A stretch of DNA of 59,764 bases, from IMG/VR virus record IMGVR_UViG_3300017971_004765, positions 1 to 59,764 of that record; one strand, written 5' to 3'. This DNA comes from a virus (lineage: Duplodnaviria > Caudoviricetes). The position numbers were made by a program, and so were the translations under genes. The notes under the pieces were generated by a model. That model was given only the letters and a program-made list of their open reading frames with translations, was not told the DNA's origin and did no database searches. Of the stretch, positions 47,270 through 56,560 are shown in pieces (positions within the stretch are counted from its first letter, which is position 1; each line of letters starts with the position of its first letter).

Positions 47270-47906
47270 CTAATAAATGTTTCGGTTAACGTTCTCCCCG
47301 TTGAACAACAAATCCAGTATGGGGCGCTCATCACTATAGTCAGCGTCTATGGTCTCTATATCTAACCCATCAAGGAAGTCGGCGTTACCATATAACTCGT
47401 GACCCTGCCCCACAATATATCCAGTGGCGCCAACATTGAGAAGAATTTCCCGTATCAATTCTTCGCCACCCGCGCCGCTGAGCTTCAAACCAGAAGAAAA
47501 TACGCACTTGGTGTCAATATCCATATTAAATCTAATAAAATCTATCAGGCACATATTCATATTTAGCAGGAGCTTCCAATTCTGCTCCAGGTAAGACAAA
47601 ACAAACTTCTTGCGACCAAGGTATATATCCTTAATGTCGGAATACAAGTAGTCAACCCTCTTGCGAGCCTTCTTCTTCCAACGATCATCCAGCGCCACTT
47701 CAACCTCCCTTATGGGGCGCCTATCAGACTTGCGGACCAAGGGGACCGTGAGCCACTCCCCATCAGCCATCCTGGTCCTGTGGGTCCACCGCTGCGGGGA
47801 ATGCTGAATGTGGTCTAAAAAAACAAATAAGTCGGCATCCACCATCTTCTGGAAATAGGGAACCCATGGCAAGAAGTTAGGGCTGGTGAATCGCTACGAG
47901 AGTCAC
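47270..47906 (-). CDS. WbqC-family protein with a 1-bp frameshift at 47880-47882
   Basis: GTG at 47906 gives MTLVAIHQP*; the shifted frame continues NFLPWVPYFQKM..ADLFVFLD..Q..RTR..WLTVP. Confidence 0.8.
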
Positions 47907-48316
47907 CGGGCATCACCTCGAAGATATTTTATTGCGCTATACAATATTTCTTCATCATTCATAAAGTTACCCAAACCTAGATTACAATGCGAACACAACA
48001 ATCCACGTATTTCCCCAGTTCTATGGTTATGATCTATATGAAGAAAGTTGTTTTTAGTTGTATCTTCTTTTCCACATATTGCGCATACGCCGCCTTGCTC
48101 TCGCAAAATATCATTGTAAATCTCTGACGTAATACCATAAAGACTCTTTAAATCTTTTGCACGATACTTCTCTGGATACTTTTTTCTATCATTGCGCATC
48201 CATTCCCGTTTACAAGCTTTGCAAGTTCCTTGAAACCCGCGCCCTCTTTTACATTTTGGGAACTCTGAAACAAGTTTCACTACGCCACATCTGTTGCACT
48301 CATATGTTTTCTTCAC
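47903..48316 (-). CDS. Endonuclease VII-like HNH nuclease with N-terminal Zn ribbon
   Basis: QGGVCAICG...HIDHNHRTGEIRGLLCSHCNLGLG. Confidence 0.9.
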   Translation of the reverse strand: MKKTYECNRCGVVKLVSEFPKCKRGRGFQGTCKACKREWMRNDRKKYPEKYRAKDLKSLYGITSEIYNDILREQGGVCAICGKEDTTKNNFLHIDHNHRTGEIRGLLCSHCNLGLGNFMNDEEILYSAIKYLRGDAR

Positions 48317-48504
48317 TTCAATTCCCCTGGCGCTGGGTAGCCGTGCTTCCAGCGCACTCGCACAGAATCACTGAGATTAGAAGTATACGTCTCGGTCGAG
48401 GTATGCGCCTTAAGGCAGCGCTTGCAATAAACCTGCCACCTCGCTATAACCTCGCCGCAACCCATACAGTAAGCCCACTCGTGACCGCACTTAGGACACT
48501 TCAT
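48313..48504 (-). CDS. Small Zn-finger protein
   Basis: CPKC, CMGC, CKRC. Confidence 0.55.
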   Translation of the reverse strand: MKCPKCGHEWAYCMGCGEVIARWQVYCKRCLKAHTSTETYTSNLSDSVRVRWKHGYPAPGELK

Positions 48505-49245
48505 CTAGAAAACCAACATCTCGAGGCAAACAGGATTCTGGTAACTCTTGTCAGCCTTGTAAGACTTTCTCCACCTGGATTCAGCAAGATATGATTCTAT
48601 ATCTAGATCATACGTTTTCTCGCTAACTATCTCATCAAAAAAGTCTCCCTCGTATACCCAGAACTCTGGGTGAACCAACAACATAACTCGCTGAGACGCC
48701 CAATTAAGCATCAAGTCAGCGTCAAAAGGATCCCACAACATACAGGAATCAGAAACGTATAGCATATTTTCGTCCCTGGCTATACGGTAAGCATTACCAT
48801 CCAAATCGTTTAGGGGATCATCGGTAATAGAAGGATTATGAGGAGATATAGACCAGACACCATCATCAATAATTTTATCTAGGATCTTTATCTGATCTTT
48901 TAGAAACCCTTCTCCAAGAGTGCCAACTGCAATTGGGTCATAGTGAACACCAACATCGTGACCATAATCACTAATAGATTGTATCAACTCTATGTTGCCG
49001 AACTCGAGCGGGTTATACCAGGGGGAAGAAAAAGACACCAAGTAAGAAGACCTGATACCGAGGCGCGACTCAACATAAGCCATATGTTCGGCGGCCTTCA
49101 AGCAAAAATCAATGTCGTGCCTGAGGACCAAGTATGGGCACTCTACCTCATCATACTCCCACATATTAGTTATATTATATTTGCACCCCAGGTGTTTTAA
49201 CAGGGCGCGATACGTGTCCATATCGAAATCGTCTAGTCTTGACAT
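48505..49245 (-). CDS. Polysaccharide deacetylase-like protein
   Basis: LRHDID...E..LGIRSSY...GHDVGVHYD...HNP...YVSDS...LLVHPEFW. Confidence 0.75.
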   Translation of the reverse strand: MSRLDDFDMDTYRALLKHLGCKYNITNMWEYDEVECPYLVLRHDIDFCLKAAEHMAYVESRLGIRSSYLVSFSSPWYNPLEFGNIELIQSISDYGHDVGVHYDPIAVGTLGEGFLKDQIKILDKIIDDGVWSISPHNPSITDDPLNDLDGNAYRIARDENMLYVSDSCMLWDPFDADLMLNWASQRVMLLVHPEFWVYEGDFFDEIVSEKTYDLDIESYLAESRWRKSYKADKSYQNPVCLEMLVF

Positions 49246-50013
49246 ACTTGCTCATCCACCGGGACAGTTATGGTAATCATACCGTACCCCTCTTTTATCT
49301 TGCCCCTCAGCCATATAGACATATCCTTGAACCCATTAATCCTGGCGTCTTCTTCAGCCACAACCACTGAGTTCCAGCCCCGCTTATGCTTATACTTTAT
49401 GGCGCGGCACAGGAACCTCATACGTAGTCCCTCTTCTCCAGGTCGCTGAAAGGCCCCTTGTTGCCGGTCGCCTGCTGGAACATAACGGTAGCCAGGGTAG
49501 CCAGCTTCTCCGGGGGATCCCCAGCGAACTGCGAAGTAACCATAACCTTACCATTAGAGTTCTGCATAAAAATAACGCGCCCAGGGGCAGCCCCCTGCTG
49601 CTGGATAATTTCCTTCTCCTTGACAATGTTGGGCTTCTCTTCTTTCTTTTCGTTATCCTCTTCCTTCTTTACATCTTTATCCGTTTTCACTTACAAATAG
49701 CCTCCTTGAATAGATTGCCATCATTGTAAACAAGCCTCTGGTGCATCTTTTCCAGACCAAGATCCTCCATCTCGCCGCCGCAGCGCAGCAAAACTTTAAT
49801 GTCGCGCTCCACAGAATAAGAGTCTTCTAATTCATCAGGCAAATCAGAACCAATCTTGAGAGACTTTGTTAGCCTTGGTTGAGTCTCGTAAATACATAGC
49901 CACAAATCCTGCTCAGCTAGCTGATTCAGAATCTCATCCCATATAATGCGCTCCTCTACGGCAGCAAGCTTCTTATACGTATCGCCAACAGTAGCAGACA
50001 AATCCTTCATCAC
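49233..50013 (-). CDS. Three small hypothetical proteins (49233-49421, 49418-49690, 49687-50013)
   Basis: ATGA/GTGA-coupled ORFs. Confidence 0.5.
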
Positions 50014-50861
50014 ATATACCCCAGGTGTCTCAACTTCTGCATCGCATTCTCCGACTCCTTATCCTGCGCCCGCCCCGAGCGCTCCTCAACCCTGCTTGAC
50101 TTCAACTCCTCGATGATATCGTCGATGGTGGCGGCCTCGCTCGCCACAGGAGACGTACAAGGATAACATCCCAGGGAGCGATAGCGGCGCCCCATGTCAG
50201 AGAAATATAGCGGGCACACGGGCAGCCCCCTGTCGCGGGTGTACTCCCATATCTCAAGCTCGGACCAGTGCAGCAGCGGGTGGACGCGAACGTGGTCCAT
50301 GCCCGGTCCAAAGTCGGACTCGAATAGGGACCATCCCTCAAGCTCCATATCAGTGTTAAGCACAATCCCCTTGGACTCTACTGCCTCGGGGTTATGCTTA
50401 TACGGAACCCAGAAGCCCTCCCTGGTGCGCGGCGACATTATATGCTCCTTGCCCCTGACACCGTGCTCGTCCCTGCGGATGCCAACGACCAGGGCGTCAT
50501 AGTGCTCCAGCGCCAACAATTGTTTCAGCGCCTCCGTCTTGAGGGCGGTACAGCACTCGAAGCGCCCATAGTCGGGGCACATATCGTTAGCCATAGCTTC
50601 CAGGTTGCGCGCCACCTTCAAATTCAGCCCCCACTTAAGGGTCAGGGCCTCGCGGAAGGCATACATCTCTGGGAACTTGTAGCCAGTGTTAATATGGATA
50701 ACATCGAAAGGAATCTGACCAAAGAAAGCCTCGCGGCACAGGGACAGCATTGCCACCGAGTCCTTGCCGAATGACGCCAGCAAGCCCACCTTCTTGAACT
50801 GGGAGTAGGTCTCGCGCAGAATGTATACGCTCTTGTCAACGAGGGGTTCGATGTCCATCAT
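50010..50861 (-). CDS. cysD: Sulfate adenylyltransferase subunit 2 (PAPS-reductase superfamily)
   Basis: SFGKDS, HINTGYKFPEM, GIRRDE, RVHPLLHW, RYRSLGCYPCT, ERSGRAQDKE...LGYM. Confidence 0.85.
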   Translation of the reverse strand: MMDIEPLVDKSVYILRETYSQFKKVGLLASFGKDSVAMLSLCREAFFGQIPFDVIHINTGYKFPEMYAFREALTLKWGLNLKVARNLEAMANDMCPDYGRFECCTALKTEALKQLLALEHYDALVVGIRRDEHGVRGKEHIMSPRTREGFWVPYKHNPEAVESKGIVLNTDMELEGWSLFESDFGPGMDHVRVHPLLHWSELEIWEYTRDRGLPVCPLYFSDMGRRYRSLGCYPCTSPVASEAATIDDIIEELKSSRVEERSGRAQDKESENAMQKLRHLGYM

Positions 50862-51131
50862 AAATCAACCAAACAACGAAAAGTATAAGCCCAATAATGC
50901 GCTGCCAAAACACAAACCGAAACCCGTAGTTACCAAACCATCCATATCAAATGAGGTTCCAAGAATCATTAGCGCCAAGCCAAGAATTGGTACAAACAGG
51001 TATACGCTATCGTCGGTCATCTAAATCCCCTGCTAGCTTTTATTCCAAGCCAGAACAACAAAACATAATTTATGACCAGCCACTGCCCCATCAACATAGT
51101 TAGTAATAAGTTTTGTGTATCACTCAACATA

Positions 51132-51842
51132 TTAACCAAAATCCTTCGTCTTCAACTTGATTACCAGCGGCTTGCCGTTGCGCCGCAGCAGCAGCGGCTC
51201 CGTGCGCGCCACGATACCCTCAGCCATGCGCTCACCGTCGCCCTCCTCCATAGAGACGAATGACGGGAAACCCTGGCGCACAAGCTCCACGATGCCGCCC
51301 AAGCCCGTCTTGTAGCCCCACACGGGGACCGCCTTTATATCTAGCTGGGCAGCAATATCCTCCACGGAACTCCTCTCGAGCCACCAGTTGCCCACCAGAA
51401 CGTCGAACAGCCGGAAACTGGGGACCGAGGAATACGCGCCGCCCCCATTGATCTTCGGACCATAGCTCTCACCGAATAGGACAACTGGACCATCCATATC
51501 AGGGAACGCGGCTGCAAGCTTATCAACCGTGAACACCTTATCGAACAGATCGACCAAACCGAGCCTCTCAAACATACTGGGGTCAGTCTTGTCGGTCCTG
51601 CCCCCATAAAATACTGTGGGACCGATTACCTCAGTGGCGCAGCCACCCTCCATACAGTTGGGCTCAAAAATAATTCTAGTGTTCGTGCCATCAATCTTCT
51701 CGGTGACCGTCCACCTGCGAATCAGGGCGGCTTCCTTGAGGCGCAAGTGGTCCTCGTCAGGGATAACTTTGAAGTCATCACCCCTGTTGTATAGGGTGTC
51801 TATTTTAGGATACTTTGGGTACACGGGCGGAGCCATATTCAT
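51132..51842 (-). CDS. RNA ligase (Rnl2-like nucleotidyltransferase domain)
   Basis: YPKI, TEKIDGTN, LFGE, FRLFDV, EGIV, KLK. Confidence 0.85.
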   Translation of the reverse strand: MNMAPPVYPKYPKIDTLYNRGDDFKVIPDEDHLRLKEAALIRRWTVTEKIDGTNTRIIFEPNCMEGGCATEVIGPTVFYGGRTDKTDPSMFERLGLVDLFDKVFTVDKLAAAFPDMDGPVVLFGESYGPKINGGGAYSSVPSFRLFDVLVGNWWLERSSVEDIAAQLDIKAVPVWGYKTGLGGIVELVRQGFPSFVSMEEGDGERMAEGIVARTEPLLLRRNGKPLVIKLKTKDFG

Positions 51843-51854
51843 AGAATAAACCCC

Positions 51855-54115
51855 CTAACCAAAAAATCGGTATCCACAACTCCTACAAAACTTGTCGCCA
51901 ATGTGGACAGCGCCCTTGCCACACAGGTAACATTTAACTTTGGCGTCCCTCAAGTGAGAGCCGCACGCATAACAATACTTATCCCTAGTAGGACGCATCT
52001 CCTCGCAACACGTACAATACTTAGAAAACATATCCTTCATACCAATCTCCTGGAACATATCAAGACCTCAAAACCATAATTAGCCCCGCGCCAAAACCAA
52101 CAAAAATCATAGATGCGAATGGGACCACGGCAAACAGGGGGGCGCCAGCGTTAACCATAGAAACAGAAATGGCAGCAACAATAAAAAGAAGCACTCCAGC
52201 TATACAGGAAACCATAATGCGCATAAGCAAAAGATCAATGTCCATATTACTCGCCGCCCTCAATTATACTATCAAGAGCCTTCTTAATAGTCCACCCATC
52301 AACATCGAAGCCCACACTCAGCGACACCATAGACTCATCCGAAAAGTATATCTCCTCGAGCCCCTTCCGAACATCTATCTGCTTAGCCAGCAACCCAACA
52401 TATTTGTCAACGTCGCCAGGGGCATAGCGAGCCGCCCTCTCTATGGCTTCCCCCAGGTGCTGCTCCAGCCCCAGGGAGTGCTTGATGGCGCAACGCATAC
52501 AATGCGGGAACCACGGCTCCTGGGGCATCACTAATCATCCTCCTCCAATTCGTCCAGGAAAAAGGAGACGGCGTAAGTAAGAAGCACAAAACATATACCA
52601 ATCGCAAAAAATGTGGCGTATTCAGGATGCGCCCTAAGAAGCTCCACAATGCCCATAGTGCCCAAAATCAAAGCGGCAGAAATAAAGCCGCCAATGGCTA
52701 GGTTACGCAGCATCATTGAAAAACATCTCTTCCAGAATTACACCAAAAAATAGAGTCAACACAAATATAAAGATACCAATAACAAACCAGGGAATAAAAT
52801 CAGGATGGTTCTTAAGAAATACAATCAAGGAAACAAAACCAGTCACCAAGGCCACAGCTAGAATTAAACCAGCAACGTAGTGGATCGCGCCCACTTCAGG
52901 CGCCCTCCATAGCGGAGAGGGCGGCGCGCGCCCTGTCGAGCCCCACCTTGTAGCCGTCGCGCACATTCTCCCAGTATTCCAGGGCGGGAGAATTACCGGG
53001 CTCCACCTGGGATAGGCGCCCCAGGGAACGGTTATAATCTTCTACCCTATTAGCCACATCGCTCCTAATCAGCTTTACAATATACTCGTATTGCCCATCA
53101 GAAAGCTCAACAGAAACCATACAAAAACACCACAATACTATACGCGCCCAGAGTATATAAATGTTTCGTTTTGCGCATCCTCTAACCCGTGCTTATAGCC
53201 GTGTATGAAAGCCCGAATATAGTGGAACCTAATAGCCTCTATCATCTCGTCGCCCACATCGTGGACCCCCAGCAAGTCGGAAATATATGACCAGTGCTCC
53301 TCTGCCAGGGGCTCAGCTCTACTTGTTAAATTGGGCATAGGCAACAAGTCCCGATAATCTAGCTCTACTCCCCCCCTTATAGGGCAACAATGTAATGCGC
53401 CGCCGTAAACCTCCTGGCGGCAGAAGGGGCATAATCCTATAGGTTCCTGACTCATACATACATCACCAAATGGCTCCGCAAGTTCAGGTTCGTTTTCGCT
53501 CATTCAGCCAGCCTCCTTAAAGGCATCGCACTCTGCAATGAACATTGAATCCATATCCTCGTTCAGAAGGGTGCACCAAAGATCCCATTCTTCTCTATGA
53601 GCCAGCCACTTGGCATCCATGTGCTTACACTTCTCACACTTCCAATCAAAGACGCAGACCGCCTCCTCCATACAAGTTTCATCGTATCCAAAAATCACTC
53701 AGCCCGCCTCCTCCTTCCCCTTCTCATCGCAAGCCCAACATAAATTAAGGTCGCCGCGCTGCACGGTCATGTCGCCAGGGAAGAACGCAAAACAGCCATC
53801 GCACCAGATCATAAGGCAATTATCATCCATATTAAGGCGCTCGATAAGATCCTGCGTGAGCCTCTCCAAGGCCCGCAACCTAAATTCTACTTCAGACTCC
53901 TTCAATAAGCCGCCTCCCATCAATCACTCAGGGCGCCCCCTCTCTTCTGGCGAGTCTATAGTCATAGTGTAGCCGCAGTGCACGGGCCACCCATGCAATA
54001 TGCATTCCTTAGGGTCAACCCTCTCGCGATGCCCGCACTTGGTACACCAGACAATACCGCGCCGAAGCCTAGGGGTATTACGTATCCATTCATCTGCAAT
54101 CATACATGCACACAT
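51855..54115 (-). CDS. Run of about ten small hypothetical proteins, several Zn-finger (51855, 53504, 53699, 53924) or membrane (52060, 52531, 52703)
   Basis: Tightly coupled ORFs with CxxC pairs or hydrophobic segments. Confidence 0.55.
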
Positions 54116-54262
54116 AGGAACAATACGCGCCCATAGTATATAAATGTTTCGGTAGCCAGGGGGCTGGTGACAGGTGACTGGGGAAACTGAAAGTTATGTG
54201 CGCTGATGGGGCCACCCCTCCTCCTCAATGGGTATAGGTTCCTTTGGACTGGAGCCTTTGTC

Positions 54263-54353
54263 GAAGGCTGAAGGCTGAAGGTCGAAGGCTGAAGGCTGAA
54301 GGCTGAAGGCTGAAGGTCGAAGGCTGAAGGCTGAAGGCTGAAGGTCGAAAGCT
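54263..54353. repeat. Heptamer tandem repeat GAAGG(CT/TC), 13 copies
   Basis: Read directly; followed by an 11-bp inverted repeat at 54374-54403. Confidence 0.95.
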
Positions 54354-54428
54354 GAAGATGAAGAAAGAGAAAGAGGGGACCGGTTCCCCATTACCGGTCC
54401 CCTGATAGATGCCTAATAGATGCCAGTC

Positions 54429-54954
54429 TTACGCATAAGGTCTAAGCTCAGCCTTGATAGCTTGGTATGGCTTCCTGTGGGGAGCATATGTGTGAAAGAC
54501 TTCTTGGTCTACGGGGCACACATATACGTTCGGACCGGTCCGCATAAGTTCGTTCCCGTGCGTTGGGCAATACGCTATTCCCCAATTGAATGTTGGCCTC
54601 ACTTGCGATTCCTCCTCAGATTTCCCAAGGGTTTTCCGATAGAACGTCTCTTGCGAATTCCAGACTACATTCTTCGCAAAAACGTGCTTCCTCTTTTCCG
54701 CATTCGCAAAGAGACTTTCGGTGTTCGTCAATTGCTTGGGCTCTTATCTTGCCAGCTAGCATCAGCAGACCTTTCCTCTTTTCCCACGAGGTAGAATCTT
54801 CGAAGATTCTATCCCACACTTTCCATGCTTCGGGATTTTCAGGCTCTCTTGACCAATCCCAAAACGCCTTAGCGAATTCCTCTGCGCTTTCCCAATTGCT
54901 CCGTTTTGTGTTCATTTTCGTTTCCTGTCCCAAAAGGGGCGTTTTGTAGTACAT
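54429..54954 (-). CDS. Two overlapping hypothetical ORFs (54429-54731, 54616-54954)
   Basis: CPTH...CPVD Zn motif in the first; promoter variant at 54963. Confidence 0.4.
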
Positions 54955-55146
54955 AGCTATGCCTTATAAAGATTTCCTAAAATCAGACCAAATTCAATCA
55001 GAATATCACAACCTTAACGTTAAGGTATCGATAGGTTTTGATTAGATGATACTGACTGGTATTCAGTCACTGACTGAGAGTCAGTCAAAAAAAACCGACC
55101 AGTCGGTTTAGGCCCCCCAAAAAACGGCTATAAAAAAGCAGAGATT

Positions 55147-55231
55147 CCATCCATCCATCCATCCATCCATCCATCTATGCCATCTATACCCTGCCATCTA
55201 TACCGTGCCATCTATACCCTGCCATCTATAC
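55147..55231. repeat. (CCAT)7 followed by four 14-bp TGCCATCTATACC(C/G) units
   Basis: Read directly; the last unit is partial. Confidence 0.95.
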
Positions 55232-55255
55232 AGAAAAAAGAAAAATGGGCGCCTC

Positions 55256-55414
55256 TCAGCGCCCGCCGTAGAAAAGCCTTCTCTCCAGGCATGCCCTGCA
55301 CATACACCCAGGCGAGTGAGTGCTATCTGCCCAAGCCCTCGAAGGCTTAGCGGTCTGCGCTGGTTTCTTGCTCTTCTTGCTCTTCTCGATGGTTTCTCTC
55401 ACACGAGTCACCAC
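55256..55414 (-). CDS. Small basic protein with HxxxCxCxxC motif
   Basis: Hand-translated ...THSPGCMCRACLERRLFYGGR; between promoter 55431 and a T-run terminator. Confidence 0.5.
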   Translation of the reverse strand: MVTRVRETIEKSKKSKKPAQTAKPSRAWADSTHSPGCMCRACLERRLFYGGR

Positions 55415-55481
55415 TAACCCATTAGCGCCCGAGTATATAAATGTTTCGGTGGCGCTCGAGCCCCCGGCATTAGAAGAAGGT

Positions 55482-55594
55482 GGGGCGGTTGCCAGTTGAC
55501 CGGCAACTGTTCATCAGGGTTGGCAGACCCCTCTTACTCGAAGCCCGCTTCTTGGCGGATCTCCAAACCCGCCTCACGGGACCGCCCCGTTGCC
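55482..55594 (-). ncRNA. Candidate multi-hairpin small RNA A
   Basis: Promoter 55613; closing stem GGGGCGGT/ACCGCCCC; hairpins GGCGGGT/ATCCGCC and GTTGCCGG/CTGGCAAC. Confidence 0.55.
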
Positions 55595-55640
55595 AATATA
55601 GCTATGCAGCCCGAGTATATAAATGTTTCGTTTCCCCACG

Positions 55641-55774
55641 GGGCGGGGGCAGAAACCCAGGCAGGCACTTCTTCTCCTGCCCAGGCCCCCGGAACCCCAG
55701 GGGATAGTGCGAAGCGGTGGAGCAGCGCCCCAGTGAGCGAGTGCCCCCACCCGCTGTGTCGGCGCCCGCCTCAC
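55641..55774 (-). ncRNA. Candidate multi-hairpin small RNA B
   Basis: Promoter 55796; stem GGGTGGGGGCA/TGCCCCCGCCC enclosing three hairpins. Confidence 0.55.
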
Positions 55775-55816
55775 ACATATACTTATGCAACCGAAGCTTA
55801 TAAATGTTTCGGTTGT

Positions 55817-55886
55817 GTGGGCGCAATCGGTTAACCAGCAAAGTGCCCGGTTTCGGGTTATGCCGACCAGCGCCGACGCCACCCAC
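55817..55886 (-). ncRNA. 70-nt hairpin small RNA C, copy 1
   Basis: Promoter 55909; 65/70 identical to 56425-56494 with a compensatory stem change. Confidence 0.7.
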
Positions 55887-56069
55887 AATATAGTCATACG
55901 AGGCGCCCCTTATAAATGTTTCCCTCGGAGCCTCGAGTCAGCTAATTTAATCGGATTTGTCCTGACCCAGCAAAATTAGTTAGAACAGGGATTTGTCTCG
56001 AGCCAGATTTTTTACTCGTAATTGTCGCCAGCCCCCATAGCCAAAAAAATAGGGGCGATTTGTCGCCCC

Positions 56070-56357
56070 TCAGTATTCGCTCGGGAACAGGATCGTTGTG
56101 GCGCTCCTGTCCGCCTCGGTTATGATCCAGATCTTGGGTATGGGATACTTGCCCTCGTAGACGCTGAACAGGCGACCCTCGCCCTCGAGTGCCTCGTCAT
56201 TCAGGGCCTTGTCCTCGGGGCGCAAGTCGCCCCAGTCGCCCTTAGTGTGTCTCTCATAGCTCCCCACCACAAATCGGTAGAAGTCCATATCTTCCCACAT
56301 AAGGGCGTCCACGCCAGCCGTAGCCACCAGTTGCCCGATGTCAAACAACACACACAT
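56070..56357 (-). CDS. Conserved mobile-element protein (GDWG...WIITEADRS.TTILxPxEY type)
   Basis: RHTKGDWGD...ED...RLFSVY...WIITEADRSATTILFPSEY; SD GAGGTG. Confidence 0.7.
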   Translation of the reverse strand: MCVLFDIGQLVATAGVDALMWEDMDFYRFVVGSYERHTKGDWGDLRPEDKALNDEALEGEGRLFSVYEGKYPIPKIWIITEADRSATTILFPSEY

Positions 56358-56424
56358 CACCTCTACAAGTACATTGCACGCCACGCTTATAAATCTTTCG
56401 TTTCCTCGAGCCTCGAGAAAAAGT

Positions 56425-56494
56425 GTGAGCGCAATCGGTTAACCAGCAAAGTGCCCGTTACCGGGTTATGCCGACCAGCGCCGACGCCACTCAC
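56425..56494 (-). ncRNA. 70-nt hairpin small RNA C, copy 2
   Basis: Promoter 56514; followed by ACTTTTT. Confidence 0.7.
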
Positions 56495-56560
56495 GTATAA
56501 CACTATGCGCCTCGAGTATATAAATGTTTCGTTTCTGGCAAAAAAGAAAAAATTGGGGGA

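Noticed and set aside
50010-50861. DndC/SspD phosphorothioation or CysH
   Set aside because: The C-terminal ERSGRAQDKE...GYM is CysD-like and no other dnd or ssp genes are visible
54194-54391. 65-aa ORF over the heptamer repeat
   Set aside because: Low-complexity translation of the repeat with no clear SD or promoter
55495-55560. Hammerhead ribozyme suggested by CTGATGA
   Set aside because: No correctly placed GAAA and UH cleavage triplet in any permutation
55817-55886. H/ACA guide RNA (hairpin followed by ACA)
   Set aside because: No K-turn GA/GA pairs or open pseudouridylation pocket; the ACA is partly paired
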